From assembly GCA_959607825.1 (NCBI GenBank), contig CAUHNW010000006.1:6757-70756 (forward strand): a stretch of 64,000 nucleotides of DNA, given 5' to 3'. This document shows, in pieces, positions 19,490-29,606 of this stretch (its first letter is position 1; the number at the start of each line of letters is the position of its first letter). A program made the translations under genes and the position numbers. The notes below the pieces were generated by a model. The model saw nothing but the letters and a program-made list of their open reading frames with translations. It searched no databases and was not told where the DNA came from. Origin of the DNA: an uncultured Oscillospiraceae bacterium (GTDB taxonomy: Bacteria > Bacillota > Clostridia > Oscillospirales > Oscillospiraceae).

Positions 19490-20343
19490 TCCATTTGTCT
19501 TCCATGGCCCATGCCAAACTGAATCTGACCCTTGACGTTCTGGGGCGTCGTGGGGACGGCTATCACGACCTGAAAATGGTCATGCAGGAGATTTCGCTGG
19601 GAGACGCCTTGGAGCTGGACTTGGAAACCGGCGCTCCATGGGCCATGGAGTGCGGCAGCGCCGGGATTCCCTGCGACGACACCAATCTCTGCATCAAGGC
19701 CGCAAGGCTGTTCTTTGGAGCCACCGGCATCGACTGCCATGGGCTTACGGTGCGTCTGACCAAGTACACCCCCTCCTGCGCAGGCATGGGCGGCGGCAGT
19801 GCCGATGGGGCCGCTGTGCTGCGGCTCTTATGGGAGCACTATGACCGCCCCATCTCCCGGGAAGCACTCTTTTCCATTGCCGAGCAGGTTGGCTCTGACG
19901 TGCCCTTCACCCTGCTGGGCGGTACGGCGCTGGCGGAGGAAAAGGGTCAGATCTTAACGCCCCTTTCTCCCATGCCCCAGTGCACCCTTGTGATCTGCAA
20001 GCCTGATTTCCCCATCTCTACCCCGGCGCTGTTCCACGCCATTGATGACGCTGAGATCGTGGCTCGTCCCGATACCCCCGGCATGCTCCGGGCGCTGGAG
20101 CAGGGGGATCTTTCCGGCATCGCCGGGAAGCTGTTTAATGTCTTTACCCCGGTGGTAGCCCGGGAGCACCCGGAGATCGGCGTCATTCAGGATATCATGG
20201 TGTCCCATGGGGCACTGGGGGCGGAAATGACCGGCTCCGGGCCTACGGTCTTCGGCATTTTTACGGATAAGACCGCCGCCGGGACCTGCTATGGTGTCCT
20301 GCGTCAGCGGTTCCCGGAGACCTTTTTGGCGCATCCTGTATAA
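19486..20343 (+). CDS. ispE: 4-diphosphocytidyl-2-C-methyl-D-erythritol kinase
   Basis: AKLNLTLDVLGRRGDGYHDL and the GHMP kinase motif; ATGA overlap with the DUF1015 gene. Confidence 0.9.
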   Translation: MIHLSSMAHAKLNLTLDVLGRRGDGYHDLKMVMQEISLGDALELDLETGAPWAMECGSAGIPCDDTNLCIKAARLFFGATGIDCHGLTVRLTKYTPSCAGMGGGSADGAAVLRLLWEHYDRPISREALFSIAEQVGSDVPFTLLGGTALAEEKGQILTPLSPMPQCTLVICKPDFPISTPALFHAIDDAEIVARPDTPGMLRALEQGDLSGIAGKLFNVFTPVVAREHPEIGVIQDIMVSHGALGAEMTGSGPTVFGIFTDKTAAGTCYGVLRQRFPETFLAHPV

Positions 20344-20354
20344 AAATCAGAAAT

Positions 20355-20397
20355 ACCGTCCATCATTTGGGTATCTTCCAAGATGGACGGTGTTTTT
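20355..20397 (+). terminator. Rho-independent terminator after ispE
   Basis: Hairpin accgtccatc-N17-gatggacggt followed by TTTTT; it abuts the spoIIR start codon. Confidence 0.65.
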
Positions 20398-21036
20398 ATG
20401 AAGAAATCAGCTTGTATGGTAAAATTGGGGCTGCTGCTACTGCTGGCGCTGGCATTTTCGCTGGCCACAGGTCTGGAACGGCAGCAGCAGCGGATCTCCG
20501 ACAGTCTGGTGCGGCTCCATGTGGTGGGCAGCTCCAACGACCGGCGGGATCAGGACATAAAGCTCCTTGTGCGGGATGCGGTGCTTCAGGAGAGCGGGGA
20601 GATCCTTGCCGGTGCAGGGGACAGAGCCGATGCCATGGCTCTGCTGGGGGAAAATCTCCCCCGGCTGGAGGCCGTGGCCAATGATGTCCTTCGGGAGCAG
20701 GGCACAGGGGATCGTGCACAGGTGACCCTCCGGCGGGAGCTGTTTGGAACACGATTTTATGATACCTTCACCCTGCCCGGAGGCTATTATGAGGCCCTGC
20801 GGGTCAAGATCGGTGCAGCGGAGGGGAAAAACTGGTGGTGTGTGGTGTACCCCCAGCTTTGCATGTCCGCCGCAGCAGCGCCGGAGGCGGTGCCCGCCAT
20901 GGGCGGCATGGCCCCGGAGGACGCCCGGCTGATCTCCCAGGGGGAAATCAGCTTCCGGTTCCGGTGTCTGGAGCTGCTGGAGGATCTGCTGGGTTATTTT
21001 CGGGCCAGGGGGGAAGGAATCCCCACTTCCGAATAA
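20398..21036 (+). CDS. spoIIR: Stage II sporulation protein R (forespore signal for pro-sigma-E processing)
   Basis: Signal peptide followed by the conserved RLHVVGSSN...NWWCVVYP motifs. Confidence 0.75.
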   Translation: MKKSACMVKLGLLLLLALAFSLATGLERQQQRISDSLVRLHVVGSSNDRRDQDIKLLVRDAVLQESGEILAGAGDRADAMALLGENLPRLEAVANDVLREQGTGDRAQVTLRRELFGTRFYDTFTLPGGYYEALRVKIGAAEGKNWWCVVYPQLCMSAAAAPEAVPAMGGMAPEDARLISQGEISFRFRCLELLEDLLGYFRARGEGIPTSE

Positions 21037-21085
21037 ACGGAAAATATGGTATACTGTCAGCAGCAACAACGAAGGAAGTGACCCT

Positions 21086-24000
21086 ATGCTGACCATTATC
21101 ACCGGACGGGGCAAGTCCGGAAAGACCACCCGGCTTTTGGAGGCGGTGCGGGCATGCCCGGGGGAGGCCATGGGCAGCCGCATCGTCATCGTGCCGGAGC
21201 AGCTGAGCCATGAGACCGAGCGGCTTTTGTCCCGGCTCTGCGGGGACTCCATCAGCTATGTGTCGGAGGTACTCAGCATGACCCGGCTCTTTGACCGGGT
21301 CTGTGCAGTCTCCGGAGGCGGCGCTCGCCCTACGCTGGATCAGGGCGGCCGGATTCTGACGGCACAGCTGGCCCTGTCCAGCCTGCGGCCCCAGCTGAAG
21401 GTCTTCGGAGCGGCAGCGGGAAAGCCGGAATTTCTGTCCGGCATGGTCAGCATGATCGATGAGCTGAAATCCTACGGGGTAACGCCCCAGACCCTCATGG
21501 GGGCGGCGGCGCAGGCCCAGGGGCTGTTTGCCCAGAAGCTCTCAGAGCTTTCGATGATCCTCGGTGCCTATGAAGCGGCCTCGGCCCAAGGGGCCAGAGA
21601 CCCCCGGGACAAGCTGACCCTGCTGCGGAAAAAGCTCATGGAGGGGGCGTATGCCCCCGGGCGTCATTTCTTTGTGGACGGCTTTACCGACTACTCGGAG
21701 CAGGAGCTTCGGGTGCTGGAGGCACTGCTGCGCCGTGGGGAGAGCATGACCGTTACGGTGCCCGCCGGGAACCCGGAGGACCCTCAGGCGCTCTTTGCCC
21801 CGGGCCGTGAGACCCTCAGTGCCCTTTGCCATATGGCGGAGGCCGCCGGGGTGCAGGTAGAGATCATACATACCACGTTCCGGCGGACGCTGCCGCCGGA
21901 GCTTGCCTGTTTGGAGCAAAACCTCTTTTCCTATGGTGCCTCGCCCTTTCCCGGCGAAGCGGATCATATTACCGTTACCCAGTGGGAGACCCGGCTGGAG
22001 GAATGCCGTGCCTGCGCCGCAGTCCTGCGCCGTCATGCCATGGAGGGCATGCGGCTCCGGGATATGGCCATTGCCTGCGGAGATGAAAAGAGCTATGGCG
22101 CCCTGCTGTCCTCGGTGATGGAGGAAATGGGACTGCCCCTTTATCGGAACGAAAAACGTCCGGTGCTGACTCATCCGGCAGCCCGGTTCCTGCTGCTGGC
22201 GATGGAATGCGCCGGGGAGTCCATGGAGCAGGAGGCAGTGCTGGCCTATCTCAAAACCAGCTACTGCGGCCTTGACCGGAATGACGTGGATCGGATCGAA
22301 AACTACGTGGTCACATGGGCCATCAGCGGCTCAAAATTCTTCTCCAAATGGACCATGCACCCGGAGGGCTATGACGGCTTCTTCACCGGGGAGACCGAGG
22401 CCCGGCTGCAGCGGATCAACGACTGCCGCCAGCAGGCCATGGCGCCTCTGCTGCATCTCTCTGCCAAGCTGAAATCTGCCCTGAACGTCAAGGGGCAGAT
22501 GGAGGCGCTCTTTGACTTTATGCAGGAGACCCGGCTCTATGAATCGCTGGAGGAACAGGTATCCCGGGAGACAGCACAGGGAAATCTGGAGGCGGCGCAG
22601 GAGACGGCACAGATCTGGTCCATCCTGCTGTCCTGCCTTCAGCAGGTCTGCGGGGTACTTGGCTCTCTGAGCCTGAAAAGCTCGGAGCTGCCCCGGATTT
22701 TGGAGCTTGCACTAAAAGAATATCAGGTGGGCACCATTCCCGCAGCGCTGGACGCCGCCAGCTTTGGCACCCTTGGCTCCATGCGTGGGAAGGAGCCGAA
22801 GCTTTTGTATGTACTGGGGGTCAACGAAGGGGTCATTCCATCGGTGGCTGCCGGGGGCAGCCTGCTGACGGAGCAGGAGCGCCAGACCCTCCGGGATCGG
22901 TTTGGCATTCCGCTGGCCCCGGATACCGAGGGGAATCTCCAGCGGCAGCTATTGGAGATCTATGGAGCCTTCACCGCCCCCACGGAGCGGCTGTATCTCT
23001 CCTACCTCACCGGGGAGGAGGCCCAGCCCGCCTTCCCGGTTCGCCGGGTCATGGAGCTGATGCCCAATTGCGGAGGGCCTGTATCCCCCTATGCGGGGCT
23101 TTCGGCCCGGAGCGCTGCGGAGCAGTATCTGATGGCCTCGGAGGAAAACGGGCTGCTTCCCCTTCGTGCCGCCATATCCCGGGCCGCCGAACAGGTGCCG
23201 GAGCTGGAACAGGCCATTTCGCTGGGAAAGCAGCTCTCCCAGCCCCGGGAGATGCAGGTGTCCCCGGAGACCGCCAAGGCCCTCTTTGGCAATCCCGTAG
23301 GGCTTACGGCCTCCCGGATGGACAAGCTGGCCTCCTGTCCGCTGGATTTCTTCCTGTACTACGGCCTGAAAGCAAGGCTTCGGAAGGAGGCCACCTTTGA
23401 TGCGGCGGAATTTGGCACCTTCGTCCATTTTATCCTTGAAAAAACCGTCCCGGAGCTGCTGGGGCGGCAGGCCCCCTGCACCGGGGAGGAGAGCATGGCG
23501 CTGGTGGCATCCCACATGGGGGAATATACGGAGGAAAGGCTTTCCCAGCTGGAACAGACCAGCCGACAGCGCTATCTTCTGACCCGTAACCGGAAGGAGG
23601 CGGCGCTTCTGGTGGAGGAGATCTCCAAAGAGCTTGTCACCACGGCATTTACGCCCGTGGGCTACGAGGTCGCCATCGGCGGCAGGCAGGGCCTTCCGCC
23701 CCTGACGGTGCAGGGACAGCTGGGCCGGGGCAGTCTCAGCGGCTTTGTGGATCGGGCGGATCTCTGGCACGGCCCCGACGGAGACTATCTTCGGATCATA
23801 GACTATAAAACCGGCAGCAAGAAATTTGACTATACGGATCTTCTTGCCGGTTCGGGCATGCAGATGCTGCTGTATCTCTTTGCCTTGGAGCGCTCCGGAC
23901 TGCCGGGACTGGATGCCGCCCTGCAGCCCGCCGGGGTGCTGTATCTTCCGGCCCGGCACAGCTACCAGAGCGCCGAGGGCCCGGGCACCATAGATGCGGC

Positions 24001-24394
24001 CCATACGCCAAACCGCCGCAGCGGCCTTCTTTTGGGGGAGCCGGAGGTATTGGAGGCCATGGAGCACGGCGACCAGTACCAGTATATGCCCCTGCGGAAG
24101 ACCAAAAGCGGCTTGGGAGACTATGCGGTATCCCGGCAGCAGCTTCGCCTGCTGGAGGACTATGTAAATAATCAGATGATTCGGATGACCGATCAGATTC
24201 TGGGGGGTGGGTTTGCCCCGGCACCCTTCTACCGGGGAATCAGTCACGATCCCTGCCGCTATTGCGATTTTGGCCCCGTGTGTCAGAAGGATCCGCAGTT
24301 CCGCAAGAGCTGCTATCACCCGCCGGTCAGCGCCAAGGCATTTTGGCAGCTGCTGACGGAAGGCGGAACGGAAGGAGGAGCGGAAAATGGCTGA
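21086..24394 (+). CDS. addB: ATP-dependent helicase/nuclease subunit B (AddB/RexB)
   Basis: 1102 aa with an N-terminal P-loop (GRGKSGKTT) and C-terminal Fe-S cysteines (CRYCDF...C). Extended -10 TGgTATACT upstream. Confidence 0.9.
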   Translation: MLTIITGRGKSGKTTRLLEAVRACPGEAMGSRIVIVPEQLSHETERLLSRLCGDSISYVSEVLSMTRLFDRVCAVSGGGARPTLDQGGRILTAQLALSSLRPQLKVFGAAAGKPEFLSGMVSMIDELKSYGVTPQTLMGAAAQAQGLFAQKLSELSMILGAYEAASAQGARDPRDKLTLLRKKLMEGAYAPGRHFFVDGFTDYSEQELRVLEALLRRGESMTVTVPAGNPEDPQALFAPGRETLSALCHMAEAAGVQVEIIHTTFRRTLPPELACLEQNLFSYGASPFPGEADHITVTQWETRLEECRACAAVLRRHAMEGMRLRDMAIACGDEKSYGALLSSVMEEMGLPLYRNEKRPVLTHPAARFLLLAMECAGESMEQEAVLAYLKTSYCGLDRNDVDRIENYVVTWAISGSKFFSKWTMHPEGYDGFFTGETEARLQRINDCRQQAMAPLLHLSAKLKSALNVKGQMEALFDFMQETRLYESLEEQVSRETAQGNLEAAQETAQIWSILLSCLQQVCGVLGSLSLKSSELPRILELALKEYQVGTIPAALDAASFGTLGSMRGKEPKLLYVLGVNEGVIPSVAAGGSLLTEQERQTLRDRFGIPLAPDTEGNLQRQLLEIYGAFTAPTERLYLSYLTGEEAQPAFPVRRVMELMPNCGGPVSPYAGLSARSAAEQYLMASEENGLLPLRAAISRAAEQVPELEQAISLGKQLSQPREMQVSPETAKALFGNPVGLTASRMDKLASCPLDFFLYYGLKARLRKEATFDAAEFGTFVHFILEKTVPELLGRQAPCTGEESMALVASHMGEYTEERLSQLEQTSRQRYLLTRNRKEAALLVEEISKELVTTAFTPVGYEVAIGGRQGLPPLTVQGQLGRGSLSGFVDRADLWHGPDGDYLRIIDYKTGSKKFDYTDLLAGSGMQMLLYLFALERSGLPGLDAALQPAGVLYLPARHSYQSAEGPGTIDAAHTPNRRSGLLLGEPEVLEAMEHGDQYQYMPLRKTKSGLGDYAVSRQQLRLLEDYVNNQMIRMTDQILGGGFAPAPFYRGISHDPCRYCDFGPVCQKDPQFRKSCYHPPVSAKAFWQLLTEGGTEGGAENG

Positions 24395-27300
24395 TATGAA
24401 ATTGACGCCCCAGCAGCAGGCTGTGGTAGACAATCGCGGCGGCACCCTGCTGGTGTCCGCTGCTGCCGGTTCCGGCAAAACAAAGGTGCTGGTGGATCGG
24501 GTCATGGCCCGGATCCAACAGGAGGGGCAGAATATCAACGAATTTCTGATCATCACCTTCACCAACGCCGCCGCCGCAGAGCTTCGTGGCAAGATCGCCT
24601 CCGCCATCGGCAAGGCTCTTGCAGCCCAGCCCGAGAATCGCCATCTTCAACGGCAGATGAATCTGATGCATCTTGCCCAGATCTCCACGGTACACGCCTT
24701 CTGCGGGGCGCTGATCCGCCAGTACGGGTATCTACTGGAGGTGCCCTCGGACTGCGCCATGCTGGAGGATCCCAGACGGGAGGAAATCCTCTCCAAGCTG
24801 ATCTCCGACATTTTGGAAGAAGCATATGAGACCATGACCCCGGGATTCCGGCTTTTGGCCGATACCCTTGGGGCAGGCCGCAGCGATCAGTCATTGGAGA
24901 CCCTGATCCGGAGCCTCTTTGAAAAGATGCTCAGCCAGCCGAATCCGGGTAAGTGGCTCCGCAGCCTGACGCTGACCCTGCCGGAGAATGTGCCCCTTGG
25001 AGAGAGCACCTTTGGAGGGCTTCTGTTGGAGGACGCCCGGCAAAGGCTCTTATGGATGCAGCAGCGGCACAGCTGGGCCATTTCTCAGATGCAGGGGGAT
25101 GAAAAGCTGATCCCCAAGTATCTGCCTGCCTATGAAAATCAGAAAAAGGCCATTGACGGGATGCTTGCAGCGCTGGACGGCCCATGGGATCAGATCAGCG
25201 GCGCACTGTCTCTGGAATTTCCGAAGGTTGTGGTCATGAAATACCCCGACCCCGAAAAGCTGGATGCCATCAAACAGGTGCGGGCGGACTTTAAGTCGCT
25301 TTTGGAGGATCTGCGCCGCCGGTTTTCCCGGACGGAGGCCCAGCTGATTCAGGAGCAAAATGACATGGCCCCGGCATTGGAGGCCCTCTGCGGCCTTGCC
25401 GAAGCCCTTGACCGGCGCTTTTCTGCGGAAAAACGCCGGAAAAACCTCATGGATTTCTCCGATCAGGAGCATCTGGCCATACAGCTTCTGACAGACGGCG
25501 CCGGGCAGCCCTCTGCGGTAGCCAAAGACGTTGCCCAGCGGTTTACGGAGATCATGGTGGACGAGTATCAGGATTCCAACCGGATTCAGGAGCTGATTTA
25601 CTGCTCCATCGTCCGTGGACGGGACGAAAACCGTTTTCTGGTGGGGGATGTAAAGCAGTCCATCTATGGCTTCCGTCAGGCCCAGCCGGAGCTGTTTCTC
25701 GAAAAGTATCAGGCTTATCCTCCGGCGGCGGAGGCCGAAACGGGATCGCCCCGAAAGCTGATCCTTTCAAAGAACTTCCGCTCCCGGCCCGAAATCCTCG
25801 AAGCGGTGAACCATACCTTTACCACCATTATGCGTCCGGAGATCGGCGGCCTGTCCTATGGGCCCGATGAGAGCCTCTATCCCGGTCTTCCCGAATACCC
25901 GGAGGATCATAACGCCCATGTCTATCTGGATATGCTGCTGTTTCCAAAGTCCGCCGCCGGAAGCGGCCCTGATGACCTCAGCAAATATCAGAAGGAGGCC
26001 GCATGGGTGGCCCAGCGCATTGCCGGGCTGCTGAAGGCGGGGCTTCCGGTGCGGGACGGCGATGGTACCCGGCCCGCACGTCCCGAGGATTTTGCCATTT
26101 TATTCCGCTCCCGGGACCCCATGACCATCTACCAGCGGGCTTTGACCCGGGCCGGGATCCCGGTATCTGCCGACAGCGGGGGAGACCTGTTTTCCGCCCC
26201 GGAGGTACAGGTGCTCATGAGCCTTCTGCGGGTACTGGATAATCCCCATCAGGATGTGCCGCTGCTGGCGGTGCTGTGCAGCCCCCTGTACCGGCTGTCC
26301 AACGATCAGCTGGCAAAGATCCGTGCATGCAGCAAAACGACCCGGTTTTATGACGCCATGGGGGAGTGCCCCGAGGACTTCTGCCGGGAGACGCTGGCAT
26401 CGCTGGAAGCGCTCCGCCGGAAGGCGGAAACCATGTCCGCCGATCAGCTGGTCTGGATGCTTCTGGAGCAGGAGGGGCTTCTGGGGGCCTACAGTGCCAT
26501 GGAGGGCGGCGCCCAGCGCCGGGACAATCTGCTGAAGATCTATGAACTGGCCCAGAGCTATGCCGGGGGCAGCTATCTCTATCTCTTTGAGCTGCTGCGG
26601 AATCTCAGCCGGTTGGAGGCCGCCGGACAGAGCGGCGGCGCCCAGGGCACAGGCGGCGTAACGCTGACCACCATTCACCGCTCCAAGGGGCTGGAATACC
26701 CCATTGTGTTTCTCTGCGATCTGTCCCGGAAGCTCAACTTCCGGGAGCTCATGGATCCCGTTCTGCTGGATGGCGACCTTGGCATCGGTGCCAAGATCAC
26801 GGATACGGAGGCACGGATCCGCTACCCGGGCCTTGCCTATGAGGCACTCAGCGTCAAAAAGCGCAGGGCCTTTCTGGCGGAGGAAATGCGCATTCTCTAT
26901 GTAGCCATGACCCGTCCCAAGGATTATCTGTTCATGACCTACGGCGCCCAGGAGGGAACCTCCATGGGCACAAAGCTGCGGCCCGGGGCAGGCTGTCCCG
27001 CCGAGTCATGGGCGGTGGAGAGTGCCGGTAGCCTTGGAGACTGGGTGCTGCTGTCGGCCATGAGCCGGGTGGAATCCGGGGCACTGTTTCAGCTCTGGGG
27101 CCGTCCCCAGTGTCAGCTGAAGGTTTCGGATACGCCTTGGCATGTGGCGATACATACCATCGATACGGTGCCGGAGGCACAGTATGCCCCGGAAGCACAG
27201 GAGAAGGAACGGGAGAATACCGCCGTTCCCAGCCCGGAGCAGCTGAGCCGGGCCCTGTGCTGGCGCTACCCCCATATGGAGGCGGCCCGAACTCCCTCTA

Positions 27301-27929
27301 AGGTCACCGCCACGGAGCTCAAGGGCCGCTTTAAGGATCAGGAGGCACAGGAGGAGGCTGCGGCCCCTGTCCGTGCCCCCCAGCTGCTGCGGCCGGACTT
27401 TATGCTGGCCTCCGGGGCACTGAGCCCCACGGAAAAGGGCACCGCCACCCATCTGTTCCTGCAATATGCCGATTTTCCGGGCCTTGACACCATGGACGGG
27501 GTGCAGGCGGAGCTGGATCGAATGGTGGACGAGGAATATCTGACGGAGCAGCAGGCGGAGGCCGTGGAGCCCCGGGAAATCCTTCGGCTGTTCCGGTCCC
27601 CGCTGGGGCAGTCCATGCTCCATGGGGAGCATCTGATCCGGGAGTTTAAGTTCTCGCTGCTGACCGATGCTTCGGAATTTTACCCTGCCATCGCCGGGGA
27701 GCAGGTACTCATGCAGGGCGTGGTGGATGCCGCCATGGTAGAGCCGGATGGGATCACGGTCATTGACTTTAAGACGGACCGGGTCTCGGAGGCCGGTGCC
27801 ATGCAGCGGGCAGAGCACTACCGCCCCCAGCTTGCCACCTACAAAGAGGCGCTGGAACGGATTTTTGAAAAGCCGGTGCGGAAGACCGTACTGTACTTCC
27901 TGAAGCCGGGAAAGGAGATTGTACTATGA
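24387..27929 (+). CDS. addA: ATP-dependent helicase/nuclease subunit A (AddA)
   Basis: UvrD-type helicase motifs (AAAGSGKT, VDEYQDSN) plus a C-terminal nuclease domain. Confidence 0.95.
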   Translation: MADMKLTPQQQAVVDNRGGTLLVSAAAGSGKTKVLVDRVMARIQQEGQNINEFLIITFTNAAAAELRGKIASAIGKALAAQPENRHLQRQMNLMHLAQISTVHAFCGALIRQYGYLLEVPSDCAMLEDPRREEILSKLISDILEEAYETMTPGFRLLADTLGAGRSDQSLETLIRSLFEKMLSQPNPGKWLRSLTLTLPENVPLGESTFGGLLLEDARQRLLWMQQRHSWAISQMQGDEKLIPKYLPAYENQKKAIDGMLAALDGPWDQISGALSLEFPKVVVMKYPDPEKLDAIKQVRADFKSLLEDLRRRFSRTEAQLIQEQNDMAPALEALCGLAEALDRRFSAEKRRKNLMDFSDQEHLAIQLLTDGAGQPSAVAKDVAQRFTEIMVDEYQDSNRIQELIYCSIVRGRDENRFLVGDVKQSIYGFRQAQPELFLEKYQAYPPAAEAETGSPRKLILSKNFRSRPEILEAVNHTFTTIMRPEIGGLSYGPDESLYPGLPEYPEDHNAHVYLDMLLFPKSAAGSGPDDLSKYQKEAAWVAQRIAGLLKAGLPVRDGDGTRPARPEDFAILFRSRDPMTIYQRALTRAGIPVSADSGGDLFSAPEVQVLMSLLRVLDNPHQDVPLLAVLCSPLYRLSNDQLAKIRACSKTTRFYDAMGECPEDFCRETLASLEALRRKAETMSADQLVWMLLEQEGLLGAYSAMEGGAQRRDNLLKIYELAQSYAGGSYLYLFELLRNLSRLEAAGQSGGAQGTGGVTLTTIHRSKGLEYPIVFLCDLSRKLNFRELMDPVLLDGDLGIGAKITDTEARIRYPGLAYEALSVKKRRAFLAEEMRILYVAMTRPKDYLFMTYGAQEGTSMGTKLRPGAGCPAESWAVESAGSLGDWVLLSAMSRVESGALFQLWGRPQCQLKVSDTPWHVAIHTIDTVPEAQYAPEAQEKERENTAVPSPEQLSRALCWRYPHMEAARTPSKVTATELKGRFKDQEAQEEAAAPVRAPQLLRPDFMLASGALSPTEKGTATHLFLQYADFPGLDTMDGVQAELDRMVDEEYLTEQQAEAVEPREILRLFRSPLGQSMLHGEHLIREFKFSLLTDASEFYPAIAGEQVLMQGVVDAAMVEPDGITVIDFKTDRVSEAGAMQRAEHYRPQLATYKEALERIFEKPVRKTVLYFLKPGKEIVL

Positions 27930-28603
27930 TATCCGGTGTGATTTTTGATATGGACGGCCTGATGACCGACACCGAGCGGCTGTTTATTGACCTGTGGTGT
28001 CAGATCCGCAGGGAGCAGGGACAGCCGGAATACCGGGAGGTTATGGAGCACTGCATCGGCCTCGACCACGAAAAGACCCATGCCTATCTGGAAGAAGCCC
28101 TGGGGCCGGATTTTGACTATATGCCGGTATTTCAGCAGATTGCGCAGCGCTCCCGGGCCTATTGCCTGGCCCACGGAGTTCCGGTAAAGCCGGGGCTCTA
28201 TGATCTTCTTGACTATCTGGACAGCCACAAGATCCCCTATGCGGTGGCCACCTCCACCAAGTCGGACAATGCCCGGTTCCGTCTCAAGAACATCGGCGTA
28301 CTGTCCCGGCTCCAAGGCCTCGTGACCGGGGATATGGTCACCGCCGGGAAGCCCCAGCCGGAGATTTTCCTGAAAGCGGCCCAACTGCTGGAGCTGCCCC
28401 CGGAAGCCTGTCTGGTTTTGGAGGATTCGCCCCATGGGATTCTTGCGGCCCATCGGGCCGGGTGCAGACCCATGATGATCCCGGATCTCAAGGCGCCGGA
28501 TGCGGACACACTGGCGCTGCTCTATGCCAGAGGGACCAGCCTTTTGGACGTGATCCCCCTGCTGGAACGGGAAAATTCCAATGCGCCTGTATCGCTGGCA
28601 TAG
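27926..28603 (+). CDS. HAD-superfamily hydrolase, subfamily IA (beta-phosphoglucomutase-like)
   Basis: Motif I (DMDGLMTDTE) and motif IV (LEDSPHG). Confidence 0.8.
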   Translation: MISGVIFDMDGLMTDTERLFIDLWCQIRREQGQPEYREVMEHCIGLDHEKTHAYLEEALGPDFDYMPVFQQIAQRSRAYCLAHGVPVKPGLYDLLDYLDSHKIPYAVATSTKSDNARFRLKNIGVLSRLQGLVTGDMVTAGKPQPEIFLKAAQLLELPPEACLVLEDSPHGILAAHRAGCRPMMIPDLKAPDADTLALLYARGTSLLDVIPLLERENSNAPVSLA

Positions 28604-28654
28604 CATTTTTCCCGCAGGTATGGTATCATAGCCCGCAGAAAGGGGAACTGACCC

Positions 28655-29602
28655 ATGACAACAAAAAAACTGATCCTCGCCCCCATGGCCGGCGTGACGG
28701 ATCTTGCCTACCGTACCATTGCGGCGGAAATGGGAGCTGACGTTACCGTAACAGAGATGGTATCCTCCCGGGCCCTGTGCTACGGCGATAAAAAGACCGC
28801 AAAGCTGCTTGGGAAGACCCCCACAGGCTGCTGCGGCGCACAGATTTTTGGCAATGACCCGGAGTTTATGGCAAAAGCTGCAAAGCTGGCGCTGGATATC
28901 TCCGGCTGTGACTTCATCGACATCAACATGGGCTGTCCCATGCCCAAAATTTCCGGAGCCGGTGACGGCTGCGGCCTTATGAAGACCCCGGAGCTGGCAG
29001 CGAATATCGTCCGAGCCGTGGTGGAAGCGGTGGATGTGCCCGTCACGGTAAAAATGCGGAAGGGCTGGGACAAGAGCCATGAAAACTGCGTGGAGCTGGC
29101 CAAGCTGGTGGAGGACGCAGGGGCCGCTGCGGTCGCCGTCCATGGCCGGACCCGGGTGCAGCTCTATACGGGCCGGGCCGACTGGGACTGCATCCGCAAT
29201 GTAAAGCAGGCGGTATCCATCCCCGTCTATGCCAACGGCGACGTGGACTCCCCGGAAGCTGCCCTGCACATTCTCCGGTACACCGGGGCGGATGGCGTCA
29301 TGGTGGGCCGTGCTGCCTTCGGAGATCCATACCTGGTTGCCCAGATCCGGGCCGCCATGGAGGAAAAGCCCGTGCCGGCGCTTCCGCCGCTGGCCCAGCG
29401 ATTGGATACGGCCCTTCGTCAGTTTGAGCTGGCGAAGGAAGACAAGGGAGAGCACATCGCCTGTCTGGAGGCACGCAAGCACCTGTGCTGGTATCTCCAC
29501 GGGGTGCCCCACGCAGGGTACTATAAGAAGGATATCTCTCAGGTATCCACCTCCGAAGAGGTATATACGCTCATCAAGCTTATGAAGCGGGATTTGAGGT
29601 GA
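28655..29602 (+). CDS. dusB: tRNA-dihydrouridine synthase
   Basis: APMAGVTD, a TIM-barrel flavoenzyme; catalytic Cys in NMGCP. Confidence 0.85.
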   Translation: MTTKKLILAPMAGVTDLAYRTIAAEMGADVTVTEMVSSRALCYGDKKTAKLLGKTPTGCCGAQIFGNDPEFMAKAAKLALDISGCDFIDINMGCPMPKISGAGDGCGLMKTPELAANIVRAVVEAVDVPVTVKMRKGWDKSHENCVELAKLVEDAGAAAVAVHGRTRVQLYTGRADWDCIRNVKQAVSIPVYANGDVDSPEAALHILRYTGADGVMVGRAAFGDPYLVAQIRAAMEEKPVPALPPLAQRLDTALRQFELAKEDKGEHIACLEARKHLCWYLHGVPHAGYYKKDISQVSTSEEVYTLIKLMKRDLR

Positions 29603-29606
29603 CGAT

